From contig OZ004607.1 of NCBI GenBank assembly GCA_963924565.1, forward strand, positions 4,712,001 to 4,776,000: DNA of 64,000 nucleotides, in the 5' to 3' direction. A program made the translations under genes and the position numbers. Source of the stretch: Ascidiella aspersa (lineage: Eukaryota). The notes under the pieces were generated by a model. That model saw only the letters and a program-made list of their open reading frames with translations. It did no database searches and was not told the DNA's origin. Positions 1-13,987 of this stretch are shown piece after piece (positions within the stretch are counted from its first letter, which is position 1; every line of letters begins with the position of its first letter).

Positions 1-2009
1 ATTTCGACGTGTTTAATAGCTAAACATGCTCGCGTGCGTTTGTATGTATTATGTACCTGTATGTACGTATTTATGCGCGTTTGTGTGTGCCTTAAGCCGC
101 CACCGCCCTTCTGCTACCAAATCGCGCGGGCAAACAAGGAATGCGCCTCTGATTGACGCGATTTATCGGTCCGCGACTAAAAATAGCCGCCCCTAATGTG
201 CTTGTCTACTGCTCGTCGATGGTTCCTCGGAAAATCGCGCAAAAGCGGTCCAGAAGGTCGCGATAACGAGCGCGATATCGTTTCGCAATCGGTTGTCGTT
301 TGTTTGATCGCAAAACACAATAATCGCGACACGGCCAACACCGGGCAGCAATTTGGTACGGGTCCGCAAACAACGCTGAAGGACGCTCGTCGGGGAAAGT
401 GACCGTAATCAATTGTTTTGGTTGCGCGCGACGCGAAACAAGCCAACACGGGAATCCTGCAAATATTTGCCGTCGCCTCCGAAAGCGTTGAAAGCGCCGC
501 GGGCGTTGCGAGCGACGGCGGCGGTGGCGAAATCGCTTGGAATGGCAAAGAAGCGCTCAGCAGCGGCGGTAGCAGTTTGCGGCGACGCAATCGAATTGTC
601 TGACGGGCCCCGACTCCGTGGCGCCATGAGGCCACTCCAGGGACAGAGCTCGGAGGAGTGAGAGCAAAGAGGAGAGAGGGAGCAACTTTGCTCCGGGAAC
701 GCTTCTTCTCGCCGCTCGCCGTTTTACACAGGGGTGATTAGGAGCAAGAGTCTCCGGTAAATGAGGCTATCCACCCGGTAATAATGTTTACATGCCCAAT
801 GTGTTAGATCCTATCGCGCGGCTCGCCGGCCAATCCCTTCACGCCCCGCAACCTGTAACGGCCCATGTGCAGTATTACACGGCCGCTTCGCAAAAACAGC
901 AGGCTTCTTTTTATGGGCCTGATTTCTGACCATTTTTACGCAACTTATATTGAGTGAGAAAACTTGACAAATAAAAAACGGCCTGGAGGTTTGAGTATTA
1001 TTTCTGGGTGGTGCCGGAGGCCATGGAAGTTTGGTAATCACTTTGTTAAAGGGACAAAAGTAGTACTTTTAACTTTTTTATGGGAAACAATGTATTTAAA
1101 GCAAAAAAAGGCACAAAAACATATATAAAGGTGATCTAAGGTGCTTAACGAAAACAAACTAAAGGTGAAATTAAAATATAAGTAGATTGAAAAAAAGGAT
1201 TTACCTGGTATCACGCGTAAAGTAAACTGACCATGAGTCACGAAATAGTTTAAAAAAATGGAAGCCACCAGTCGTTCAAGTCGCATAATTTAAAGACAAT
1301 GGTAATGTAAATAACCTGTTCGCCAATCTTAAGCAGGTTCGGGCAGAAACTGGTACAGATCGGATCAATCGCGCAATTACGTTGAACTATGTGTGACGCC
1401 ACCCTAACAAAATAAAAAATACACATATAAAAAAATTGGTGACACTGCCTTTGAAGCTGTTACGGAAACAGAATAGAAACGGCACTGAAGTGCCTGACCG
1501 CATTCCATAATATGTGGCAGCCAAATATATGTGGTTAGCTTCAAAATAGGACGATATATACACCGAAAACGACCTTTTTGTTTCATTAAACTTATTACGC
1601 CGGCGATATTGTACACCAAATGACGTCATTAGCGTGATTTTGAGCAAGCATTCCACGCCAAGGATCTCTGGCGGGAAGGCACTAGAATGCAATCTGGCTG
1701 AAGTGTGCTTTGAATTAGAATCCCGACGCTTTCCGCAGGAGATCTTGTAAACCTGCTCGATATAGGCGGATTTTTTGCGCGATTAGGACGCCCAAATGGC
1801 GTGGCCGGGTCACTGGGAGGTTTGCAGCAACCTGTCGAGCACCGCAACACGAATTTCGGGCAATCAAACTTATGTTCGCCACACAATCCGGTGCGAATAA
1901 TCGCGAAAATCCCGAATTAGCGCGCGAAAGAGCCGCGAAGCCGCCAATACAGGTCGCTTCCAGCGTCGCTCTGGCTGGCCTGTTGTTTTGAGGTGAAAAA
2001 TCACGACCA

Positions 2010-2405
2010 ACGGGTTATACAACAAGCGTGGCGTTGTTGTAACTTAATCGACATCACATAATAGGATTTTCACTGCCTATAGCTGCTGCATAATTTCATA
2101 TGCAAAGAACTATTTGAGTTCTCAACTAAGAAACAAACCAGTTTTATGAACAATTAAAAGGTAATCTTTATTTCCTTGTGCTTCGATCAGTGGTTGTCAA
2201 CCTTTTTTGCAACATTACACACTTTTACGGGTTATATATGCAACAAGTATGGCGTTATTGAAACTGAATCGACATCTCATAATAGGATTTTTATTGCCTA
2301 TAGCTGCTGCATAATTTGATAAGCAAACAAATGTTTGAGTTCTTAATCAAGAAACAAGCCATTTTTATAAACAGTTGAACAGTAATCTCTATTTACTTGT
2401 GCTTT
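2010..2405. repeat. Local direct duplication (~175 nt twice) split by a MITE end
   Basis: acgggttata...aatcgacatc.cataataggatttt...gcctatagctgctgcataattt...ttgtgctt occurs twice, with a CAGTGGTTGTCAACC fragment at 2188 between the copies. Confidence 0.8.
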
Positions 2406-5400
2406 AGAAAGTTTAAATCTGGGTTAACTTGTGTCATACGGTGCACTCCATGCAACCATATGCAGTAAACGTTCAGGGCCGTGCGTAACTTCGTTCAGGG
2501 CCGTGCGTAACTTGCGTAATTGCGTGGCAACGCTGCGCCGGGTCAAGGGTTAAAACTTTAACGACACGCCGGGATTGATCTTTGCGAGCGACCTCACTCC
2601 TCGGCGGTTCAAAGGTCAAACCATGAACAGAAGCAGGGGTCAGTGGCCAGCAAATCGCAGGCGCTTGTATTAGCGCGAAACGCTTTTAAGCGTATAATGC
2701 CGTCAGTGCTGTATTCGTCGCCAATTCGATTTATACCAACGGCTATATGTGTTAGTGCACAGCTGCGTATACGCGGGATGCGCGATATTGCCCCTCTGGA
2801 CAGCGCACATCAATAACCAGTGGAAACATTAGCCTAGGTTAATAACGCCTTGATGACAGGCAATAATGGATCAGTGCCGGGATGGCGTACACGCATGCGG
2901 TTAACCCCGTGTCAATTTGGTGACATGAACGCCGTTCAAAGGCTGTGAACTGCAGATCTTAATTTGTTATTTTACCGAATCTTTAGTGCCAATAGAAATC
3001 GCTATTCTGGTCTAAACGAAGCCATAAACCGACGTTTCGGCAGCAGAGATTCTTCATGAAATCCAACTTATCCAAGACAATGTCTGATTCTGTTTTCTTT
3101 GGGCTTCTTACGATTTGTCAAAAAGTTGTAAATTAAATCGTTTTTAATTTAGCGAACCCCCGGTTAAGCTACACTTCCCAAACCGGCTCGGCTTGGATCG
3201 ACAATAGTCAAGACTGTAGCAAGGCCACTTCCAAAAAGAAAAATTGACAATAGGTGAAGGCGGTTTATTCAATTTTTTAGTTCGTATGGATCCCCGGGTT
3301 AACGACAGGAAGTGAATATCTTATATAAATTTATCCAATTTACAATGAAAATTCGAGGTCAGCCAAAGTTCGCCCCGAGGCCACCTAATCAACAAAAAGC
3401 AAGATCAGGACGGCGATGAAGCGCCCAAAAATTGAAATTTCGACTTGTCGTAAAGCATCTAGCTCCGCCTACTCGTAATCGCATTAAAACTCCTCGAAAA
3501 ATAAGCGCACGCGAACGAGAGTGTGAAATCGCGTCATCGACGACGGAAAGCGCGCGCGACGGTTCGACCGGCTGTGTTTCGCTGGACGGATAGGGTATGT
3601 AAGGGGAGGAACATCAACGATCGACGCTGAGCTGAACAGTACTCGAGTTGATTAAAAGCGGCGGTGGGAGGCTCGCCATGGCGCCTGTCTGACGCCTGCC
3701 CGGACCACTTAAGGGCCGAGGTGTAAAGGAGTGCTCTCACACGCGGACGCGCCGGGCCCGTCGCTCTGCTCCGCTGTTTATATGCTCATCTATTGCGTTT
3801 GTTGGCATTGTTGTTGTATTTGTTGTTGTGGTGAATCTTCTTCCCCCCTCAATTTTTTCCTGGGCGACAACGGGTTTTATTGGGGGGCAGTGAAATACTA
3901 ATTTTTTTTACTAAAACTATAAAAATCAGACCATATAGACCCTTCCAATATTGACCCACTCGCATATTTTACTTCGCCATTCAAAATAAAAATACCAATA
4001 AACGGGGCAATGATAAGCCCAAACCAAAGGTTGATTAGCAAGTTGCTAACCACACCAACCCTGAGGTACTTGAGACCTTAAAAGAAAAATACTTATATTA
4101 TCATTTACATTTATATTAACACTTACACCATAAACAAAAAGGTCAAGGTGTTAACCTTCTGCCGATGCGCAGTTTAATTCTGGCCATATACCTCCAAATG
4201 GTGGCACCGCCTCCTTATGGGAGATCAGTCGTCCTGAGGACGATCTGAACAATTTCTGACGTTTCAGGCATTACCGACCTACTTTTTCGCAATGGGAAGA
4301 CAAAGCCACAACACACTCACCACTTACTTTACATTACTTTCTCTTAGTTAGTAAAAATAATCATTCCCCCTTGTGCGCCTCCGCGGGTTTTTCCACACGA
4401 TTCAAGTGCTTCTGGATGCTGCTGTTTATATGATTTCCAAGTGTCCGTCGCATTTTAAACATTACTACGATAAGCTACTTTGAATTGTGTTTTGGCTGCC
4501 CCCTTTGACATTTTGAACGGTCGCCAGGATAGTGAACGTTTGCCTTTTTACATGGGTACGTTGGAGCAGAATTGTATCCGGAAATGTTCCCTCTGTGCTT
4601 TGGTAAAAGATAGGAAAATCTAAAGCGTTCTTTAAAACTCGCAGAAGTGTCAAAGTAGTACTAAGATGGAAGCTCCTAATTGCAGAGCAATAATAGCGTA
4701 AAAGCACGGCCCGCAACAAAATCGTTATTTCTGGATAAAAAACCTTAAACTCGTTATTTCTGGATAAAAAACGGCCACGAAAACTGACCATGTCTTGCTA
4801 AACAGAACCCCGCATACAGCGTATATACAGGTCTCCACCGATCACTGGTGGCTAATAACAAAACGCCAGCGGTGACTCTACTGCACGCGGCACAGGAATG
4901 CGTTTACCGCGTGGGATCAAAATGCGGCAGCGGCGGCGCGGTTTCGTAATTGAATTGCCGATATTTCGGCGCTGTATTTTTTTCGCGCGCGCTCATGAAT
5001 TTTTCACACCTCCTAATCCCTTAAACTGGCGACGGCACCCGGATGACGCGAGGTGGGAGACGGCGTTCGACGAAATGCTGCAAATTTCCAGCGCCGCAGA
5101 GAAGCACGCGAGCCGTTAGTTCGCCCTGCCCTCGCCTTTAAGCCGAGGCTTGTAAGCCCTACAAGCCAATGTTTTGTTAGGTTAAGCCCGCTACGGTGCC
5201 CCTGTGACCTGCAAAGCAATAACGCCGTGGGCTTTCAGGGCTCTGCAGACCGCCTATCGTTTGCGCGCGCTTGATATTGAGCGTTTGCCAATTTATGGGA
5301 TGATGGTGCATATTGGCGGGGTAGGTTGCAGACCTGAAGTAATCGATCTGCCAATAATTTTGAATTCAAATACGCAAATGGTGAACAACGTTAAAGAGAC

Positions 5401-6443
5401 AGTTTATGGTCACAGTACCTTCGTCACCACAATTTGAGAAAATGTACCGATAAACAATTTATGCGGTGAAAACTATAAGCTTTTTCTACGGGGCATAGTA
5501 TACCGAAAAGAAGCTCTTCCAGAACTTTTTTATTTTCTCCAATGTTTTGGCGACCTATACACACTATGCCTTCATCGGAAATGCAACAACATCATGCTCT
5601 CAACACTTAATGAAAACGAAAAAAAAAGTCATTTGTCCAACTGATTCGAAAACAAATACTTAAGTGCACTTAAGTCACGTCATTCACTTAAGTCAATACA
5701 ACTCTGGAATGTATCGATGAACCTGAAGGTATAACGCGCCATGTACATATCCACCAAACGCAATGATTATATATACGGTAAACCCAGAAACACAATGAAC
5801 ACAGCAGCAGTGTTGTTGCCACCCCTAGAACCCGCCCCTGGCCCCACGAAACAGAAACCTAGAAATCTTACTTAAAGAGTGGCACCGACTAGAACCAGCG
5901 ATCGCAACACTCAATCTTGTGTCAACAGCTCGCTTTGCTAATACGTTGAGCAAACGTCGACGAACACGACACTAGTGCAGCACAGGGGCGATTTGGGGGT
6001 GATCTTGGGTGACCTGGGGCACTGGTGCTCAAAAATATTTTGGTACCCCGAAGTTAAGGACCAAGGATGCCGCGTCACCGATTCAACGCGGATTAATGAA
6101 CCAAATTCAAGTCGGAGTTTCAAGAATACGTCTCAAGATAAAAAAAAATAAGAAATTAAAAACGTTAGATCTTTTTTTGAAATTCATGTATAAATTGAAA
6201 TAAAAAAATAAATATAGTTTTCGGAACAGAACATTGGATTAAGTCTGACAAAACACAAAATTGATGAAAAATACGTTAAAAAAGTTTTAAAAAAAACAAT
6301 TAATTCGGAATTAAAAATGGATTTTTCCAAAAAAAAACTAAACTAAATAAAATTGTTAGAAGACTTATTTTTGAAAAGTACAATGGACCAGCTTGATAAT
6401 GAATTGCAAAGCTAAAAAGGTCGAGTAGATGGATATCATCTTG

Positions 6444-6485
6444 ATTAAGACGTTTCGATACGAACTTACATCATCTTCAGTTAAT
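6444..6485 (-). ncRNA. Minimal type-I hammerhead motif, second copy of the 43040 family
   Basis: Minus strand reads attaa-CTGAAGA-T-GATGT-aagttc-GTATC-GAAAC-GTC-ttaat. Differences from the other copy preserve pairing. About 85 nt are shared between 6400-6486 and 43040-43128. Confidence 0.7.
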
Positions 6486-6844
6486 GTGACTGAGAAGTAA
6501 ATCAAAGCATCACTTATAAAATGTGTTGGGACGCAATTTTTTAAATTGTAAATTCGCAATAGTGGTTTGGACCACATGACGTCATTGGAATGCAATGGTG
6601 GTTAACAGGATCACGTTTGTCGCTTGACGGGCGTTTAGCTGCGAGGTGGCAAGGCCATCCGCGCTAGATTCGACTATATGGCTGAAGCGCGCCTCGCTAA
6701 CAGGGCGGCACCCGGGTAAGTGCGTTATGTAAGTATGATGAATCGGACAGTCGGATTGATGCGCCGTTTTGTTGTTGTTGTACCGGCCTCTCGCCTGCTG
6801 CGGACGGCGGCGAAACAGAGCACTATGTCTGTCTCCGAATAGCC

Positions 6845-7140
6845 CAGTGGTTCTCAACCGGGGTGCTACTGCTCTCTAGGGTGCCATTTCTAATGCTCGA
6901 GGGTGTCGAGAGATATTTGAGAATCTGATATTTGCTCAACTCTTACAATTTTTTGTAAAGATTAAAGTGGAATAAACCCAATTATAACTCCATACGTTGT
7001 GTAGAGTTGATGTGTGTGGTTTCCAGTTATGAATTTGTGACATTCTAGTAAATTTCCTACGGAAAAATTCTGTAGGGGTGCCGCAATCTATTTGTTAATT
7101 CTGAGAGGAACCGCTAGCCATAAAAGGTTGAGAAACACTG
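6845..7140. mobile_element. hAT-type MITE (GGGTGCC family)
   Basis: TIRs CAGTGGTTCTCAACC...GGTTGAGAAACACTG. Homologous to 48124-48440 and, inverted, to ~11790-12134. Confidence 0.82.
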
Positions 7141-10100
7141 TATAGCCGATGCCGCGAAACTGATGATAGGTTTAATGACGTCGAAACGACAGGACAATTT
7201 GCCCTCGTCTCAGACTCATGATTATCGTTTTGTCTTTGGGCTCTCCGGTATGATGGATGCTCTCCTACTAATCCGCGCCACTACAACAGGGCAAGACAAA
7301 AACATGTCGGTGGTACATTCGCGCTTGTAGTTGACACGAATTTCTAAGGGTGAAACAAGCTGCCAGCCCGTCCGACTGGCTGCGCGCATTTCAAACCGTC
7401 GTTTTGTGGTGGGAATTCATGCTTTTTTCAAGTGGATGTTTGGCCGGTAAACGTATACACGCCAACAGTGAGAAGCTTTCTCAAACATATTGCAAACCAC
7501 CGACACGAAAACAGTTACCATGATATCACAATTGGCGTGTTTACAGGGCGAAGCTTTTTTACAAGCTTTTGTTTGTAATTTTTAGCATCGCTGAGTAGCC
7601 TATATAGCTTACTGTTTGTGATACAATAGTGTAAACCTACAAAAGTATAATTTCTGAATGCTTGTCTGTGATGAAAACCAAACAAACGTGAAATGAAGTA
7701 CCTCCCCTAAAAAATTGCAATATACTATTTTCAATTCCTCGAACAAAATTATAAAGCGTGATTTCGTATTACTAAAAAATACAGACCGATGTGAGTTCGA
7801 ACTGTTCTATTTACCGCGATGTAAATTAACCGGCTTGCGCGCTCCCCCGTGCGGATTTTTGCAGGGATTAAGATGACGGAAAACCTACAACTGCTGGTTA
7901 CCTTTTAAGCGCGCATTTTTGGCCCCAACTGGCCGCGTGTTGGAAAGATCTGGCGGACGTGTTTAGGTATGGCAAGCCTTCGTTTGTCTGGCAAGTGCAA
8001 ATTGCCGGCTGGCGGGTAACAGTTAAACGTCGGTGTTTATACAACTTCAAGCGTCGCTTTCCCACTATTGCCGGGAAAGACGGGCAATTAACGAGGCGGC
8101 CGCGACAAACCGGAGAGTCGCACCTTCGCCCAGCGCCAAGTAGGGAATTTATCAAGGCCCGATAATTGGCGCCGGTGGTATTTTCGTCACTTGGCCCCGC
8201 CCACGAGTTTTTGTGACGTCAGCCAAATCGGCCCGATCCTAGAAGCGATCGCTTAAAAAGGCGTCGAAACGCGACGCCTCAAATCGTTTCGATCCGACGG
8301 TTTCATTGCAAGTGAAGTGGCAAAAAATGAGACACTTGTTAAGCCGAAATCACACTAAGTCGTATTATGCCGTGACAAAAAAATTGGGAATGATAAGATA
8401 AAAGCGAAAGTAACACGATGGTTATCACGAGATGCAACGAGCAGTTTTAAAAATTGTCTAAAGATTTCACGTAGGTCTGACATCCATTATAGAAAGTTTC
8501 ACGATTGCGCTGTCGCGATGAAAATTGACTACTTTTCATACACAAGACACCTTTTGAAGACAATATTTCTGTTTTCTTTTGAATGGAAATCTTACTTTTT
8601 TAACCCCTTTTTTGTTAATCATTCAACGGGTTACTTCAAAGGTTTTTTTTTATACTAACAGAAAGTAAAGTAATTGAGTGTAAAATAAGTGGTAAACGTG
8701 TAGTGTCTGATTATTTCCATTGGCCAAAAAGGAGGTTGGAAATGCCTGAAATTCAGTAATGTTCGGACCCAGTCCTCAAGACAACCATTCTCCAATAGGG
8801 AGACTGTGCCGCCACTTGGAGGTAGGGCCAGATTTAATTTAAGGCGAATATATTGCTTTTTCTATGCGATCTATTTTTCAGAGGAGAGGGGATTAGCCGC
8901 AAACCGGAAGGTAGTTTGCAGTGCGGTGGGAAATATCGCGTTGTAATCAGCGCCGCGCCATCGTCTGGAGTCGCAAGAACAACAAGGATGGCAAGGATCC
9001 GTGGTCTCAGTGTATGTTCCTGTCGGCGACGCGGCCCAACACAAAAATAAACAGCGGAAACGCAGGCATTGTGAAAACACGCGCCTGGCCAAGAACATGG
9101 GGTGCTTTTTGGCAAATGTGGGTTGCAAAGGTCGCGGATTTTCACCGGCGCCTTGACGCTCGCCAGATTACACAACTAATTGGAAACCAGCAGTCGGCCA
9201 GGACAGGTTTTGTGTAGTAGATTTTTTCATGCAATATTCACATTAGCAGTTAACAAAGGCAACCGGGATGTCAATAACGCTGCTATGGGATTACTGTCCT
9301 GCGGCTCTGTATCTGTTTTGATGATATAGCGTAGCTCTGTTGGCGTATAACCTCGTTTAAAACTGCTATGTATAGCTGAGCAATGGAACCTGAGAGACGA
9401 AAATAAGCGCGATGGTGCATGTGTACACAACATAAATCAAGTAAAAACGGAGACGCTCGCATTTTACGTAAACGCGGCTATCGTTCTGTAGCTCTGATGA
9501 CTTTGTCAGCGTAGCCTGTGTTTCTACGATAACTTATATATATCGAAAATAAAATTACGCTTGATAATTTACAAGCTAAAGTAAAAACGTTTAATAAATA
9601 GCTATAGCATATGAGGTGATCAATTCTTCGTCCCAAATATAAAAACAACCCGGTGAAAAAAGGATGATTTTTTTGCGGAAAGTGGCATATTGCTTTGTTT
9701 TTCTTTTATTTTGTTTATAATTCAAAATTACTTAATAGATTGCACTAAACACATATCGGTTTAAAGCTTTATGTTTTTTAATTAAGGTTTCCGTAACTAA
9801 CTGGTAACTTTGTGCCCATGAGGGAATTTCTACTGTATAGATGGAAAACTTGAATCAGATGTTTTGGGTTTATAAAATAAGGCAAAATACATGTAACAAG
9901 TGCATTGTTAAAGTCTCTCCATGTGTCTATTCAACCTGTCAACGAGCAGCGCATTATAGGCGCCAAATCAGCGCCAAAATGCTAAAAAACGGGCTACGAA
10001 AATAAGGGAGCCGGCCGCAAGAACAGCTCGAGTCACAATCGCTCTGGCGCCAGGCAAAAGCACATAATCGCAGTTTTCGGCTTGCAGACGGGCCGCAATT

Positions 10101-11789
10101 GGCCTTAATCGCCCAACGCATTGTCACAGCTCGCGCACTTTTCGCGCTCAAGGTGGGAATGGTTATATAGGGAAGGGAAGGGCGAGATAAAGGGGATTTC
10201 TTGCGTTCCAGAGAAACGGTTTGGCCGCTTTAAATTGAGTCCATCGCCATCGGACCCGTCAAACTGCTTGCTGGCTGTCGTTGAACAACATTACACTTTG
10301 TCTAGTTTTATCAATTAGCTGCGGTATTGTTTTAACAAGTGACGCAGCACTGGAAGTTTAACTCGAGCGGTGCCCCTTTCTTTATCGGCGCTCCCGGTCG
10401 ACTCACTTCCTTTCGCCCAACTTTTCTTCGCAAAAGCGATTTGCGGAGGGAAAGGCTTGGAAAGGAATGTCTTCCCTGATTTGTTGCGCGTCAACGGCTA
10501 AGAGGCCCCGGTGTGAATATGACGATTTGTTATCTTTGAAGATCAAAGTGACTTTCTACTCAACTTATAAATTCCAATCTCATACAACTCTGAACCAGTT
10601 TTGTTCTTTATCTGTACTTGTTAGCCAAACTTGTGGTAATCAGACATCGTTTTGCATTGGCTTCAAGATCTACAACCCATAGTCACAGTACAAAGTTTTG
10701 AAAAAAGAAATGCCATTCACACAACTGCTTTGCAAACACAATAAATCACAAAATTTGTAAGGATTGCGTTGTAGTTTTTTCTGCAGGTTACTTGACATAC
10801 TGTACCTTGTGGTTTCGCAGTTTTTCAAATACCAATCCAAAAACAACGAAAAACAAAATCTAAAAACACCGCTTTTCCCATAATTCGCAATGATGGAGAA
10901 AGATCATCATTATATAACGGCAAGTAAGCAAAATAAAAATAAAACTGCGTCCAAGTGAAATAGAATTGTCAGCAATTTGTCATGTGGAGATGTAACAGTT
11001 TCGGGAACGTGCTGCAATAATCCGCGATTCTGTGGGGCGTTTGGTACAGCAAACAACTAAAATATCGGATTGGAGTGTGGTATCTTTTGCGTCATCGCAA
11101 GCATAAACAACGTACGTCGAGAAACACGGTGAATTGGCGAGTAGCCGCAAGACTCCAAACACAAGCGGTGTGCGGTTAGACTATACGCACGTCGTAACAC
11201 GGCCTCGAGAGCCCACGCAGCTTCGGCGTTTGCAATTAGACAATTGCAACATCTAAACAGTTGCGAGGCGGCTATTTACGAAAGGCCACTGGTCGCGCTT
11301 GTGGCTTGGAACGCTAGGCTGATACTGGCGTGAGCTGTTGTCATGTTTAACGCCATAACAGCAGCACCTACTCGAAGCGCGCGCGCGCCTTTGCGAGCAA
11401 TTACTATTGAGCGACTGCCTTGGCACTAGACCTCGGCGTCGGTGGGCCCAGACGCTGGGCGGACGGGCGAGTTCACGATAGACGGATTCCAGGTATTCGC
11501 TCGGATCTTGGGCGTTGATTATAGCTTGCGAGGTGTACATGCTGCCCAATCGATTTTTTAATGTGACAGGACGTTGGGCAAGTACTTGACGGAAGACGTT
11601 AAGGCTGGAGGTCCGCGAGACTACAGTTAGTTGGTATTTCCCGGTGCCTTTTCGCGTCTCGAGTGCGAGTGTTCGCCGTATGTCGCATCCCAAAACCAAG
11701 TGGCCGAGTTATGCAAACCAACCGGATTCCTTGAACACAGAAAATCATTTACTTTTGATAAACTAAACGTTTTTTTTCACATATAATTT

Positions 11790-12134
11790 TGCCTCATTTA
11801 ACTCGTGCCACTCTTTAATTATTCTCAACATTTTGTGGCTTATGACACCACTAAAAAAATAATGAATATATTTTCGGCACCCCGACTGGAATTTTTGTTG
11901 AGTGTTTTACTGAAATGTTGCTTTAAATGGAACTGGAACAACACAATCAACTTAAAACATGTAGGATTATGTCATTTTATATAATGGTCTCTAATCGTAC
12001 ACAATTAGTTGTATAAAGAAGCTTACCAAATGAGCAAAAATTAGATTCTAAAAAATTCTCAAATATCCTTTGGCACCCTTGAGCATTAGAAATGGCACAT
12101 CAGGGCGCCGCGGCACACCGGCTGGGAACCTCTG
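11790..12134. mobile_element. Inverted, degraded copy of the GGGTGCC MITE family
   Basis: ttgagcattagaaatggcac...gggaacctctg is the reverse complement of the left end of the 6845 copy. Left boundary approximate. Confidence 0.65.
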
Positions 12135-13971
12135 GATTAGAACATTTTAATTTCACATGTAAAATAAAAAACCGGCTACAATTAGGATCGGTGGAAAAGT
12201 AATTAGGTTGACAGAAATGAAAATCTACTGGAATCTACAAATCTGAATTGGCTAAAATGACTTTTATTAGGATCCTGATCAAACCAAACAACAATGACCC
12301 AACCGAATCGAAAGTTTTGCCTTTATTTTCCTAATTACCATTTCCAAAGAAATTTGATGGAGTAACATTGATTGCTTTTACACAATGCATACAAAAGCGT
12401 GTTGGCAGAACAATACAAAACACAGAAAGTATAGGTTTGCACCGTGGAGTGCGTATATGAGCAGGGGAGCTGTCTAAAAAGAAGAAAGAAAATGTGCATT
12501 AGCAGCTGTTCGATATGAACCGAATCGATCCCAACAAGTGCACATAAAGTACACACGCAATGCGACGAGACGCAAATGCACACACAGACGTACCCGGGGA
12601 TTCAACATCAACCCTATATAGACCTGGCAATTAAAAATCGCATTGTGACGTCACCTTGGTCGACGCGGCGACACAATACACGACCAACATCAATTATACA
12701 AACGGCCGGGGATGTGCGATGCGTGCATTGCGGCTGATTGCAGGTTAGCGGGACAATAGAGTGGCAGGGATTAGGCGGTCTTACCTCGGAGCTGAGCCGG
12801 ATAGGAAGCGACGAGCGCCTTTAGACTTGGTAATGAGGACAAACGGACATAAGGTCGCAAGGGCGTTGGGTTGGGGGTAGGTCGTTCGCGGATATACGAA
12901 TGGATAGGGACGGCAATTTATCAGCTTAACACCGGCCGACGGCGAATTTCACTCGACGGTCGCTGCTTTGTCGCCGAGCAATTTAGCGTCTTGTGCTGCT
13001 GAACGCCTTTATCAATATTTATGCCCCGGGAAGGCGCGCGACGCCGTGACGTAACAAAGCCCGTGAACAATGCGCCAAATCACCAAGTACTTTTGACGCG
13101 AATTCTAATTTTGCCTTTGAGCCGGCGAGGGCGTCTTGGTTAGCAACGGATTTTGATGTTCTGTAACTTTCTAAACGATTTGGGCATTGGTCGCATAATG
13201 TTCACGTGAAACGTAACAAATTCGGAATAACAAAAACATAACAAATTTGGAATAACCTTAAATTTTCAGTCGAAATATCGCTTGGCGACTATCGCACATC
13301 AAGGAGCTGTTTTAAACATCTCATATACTAGTTTTTCACAAACAATCTATTTTTGAATTCGACACATCAGGTGATGCACGGACGCCAGAACATTTCGTGC
13401 ACTTCAATGGATCAAATGTTTGAACAAATCCAATATGGCTGGAAACAAGACTCGAGACGTTGACAAAACTCTTACACCAAGCAAAAAGCAGGAGCCTTAA
13501 CTTAAAAAAAAAAGGAAAACCGTTTGGTGTTTAATATTAACGCTCACATCCGTTACAGGCCTCAAAATTGTGTTGCCTTATGTGCAAGGCCAACCAGCAT
13601 ACGCCCGCACATTGCGAGATCTGCACAGAGTAAAAGGCATTCGGCAAGGTTTTATCCAGTCGAGTTATTCGTCGGGCGTTCAAGTTTTTCAGTTTTGGAG
13701 AACGACACTTAAGTGTGTAAGCATAACCAACCGCCGACAATTCCCACAAGCAAGGGATAACATATCGCCTTTTGGCTGGCGATGGCGCACGCTGCAAAAC
13801 TCGCCGCCGTTTCCCACCGTCAGCTCGCTCGGACAGCGCCGACTAATGCGAACACGATTCGTCTAATTGGATTTAATGGCTTCCACGGCCTATAGAGCGC
13901 CCGCGTGTTTTGGCTTTGGCTGATCAAACGACGGGCGCGCGCGGGCCCGAAGGCGTCGCGCCGGAGCCGGC

Positions 13972-13987
13972 CAGACCACGCGGCGCC
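13972..13987 (-). promoter_or_regulatory. Composite BMP-responsive Smad element GGCGCC-N5-GTCTG
   Basis: Plus strand CAGAC-cacgc-GGCGCC: exact 5-nt spacing of the Smad1/5-Smad4(-Schnurri) element, inside a very GC-rich island. Confidence 0.5.

Noticed and set aside
7160-7192. CTGATGA...CGAAAC hammerhead-like string
   Set aside because: No convincing stem II or stem I, and no NUH triplet after GAAAC.
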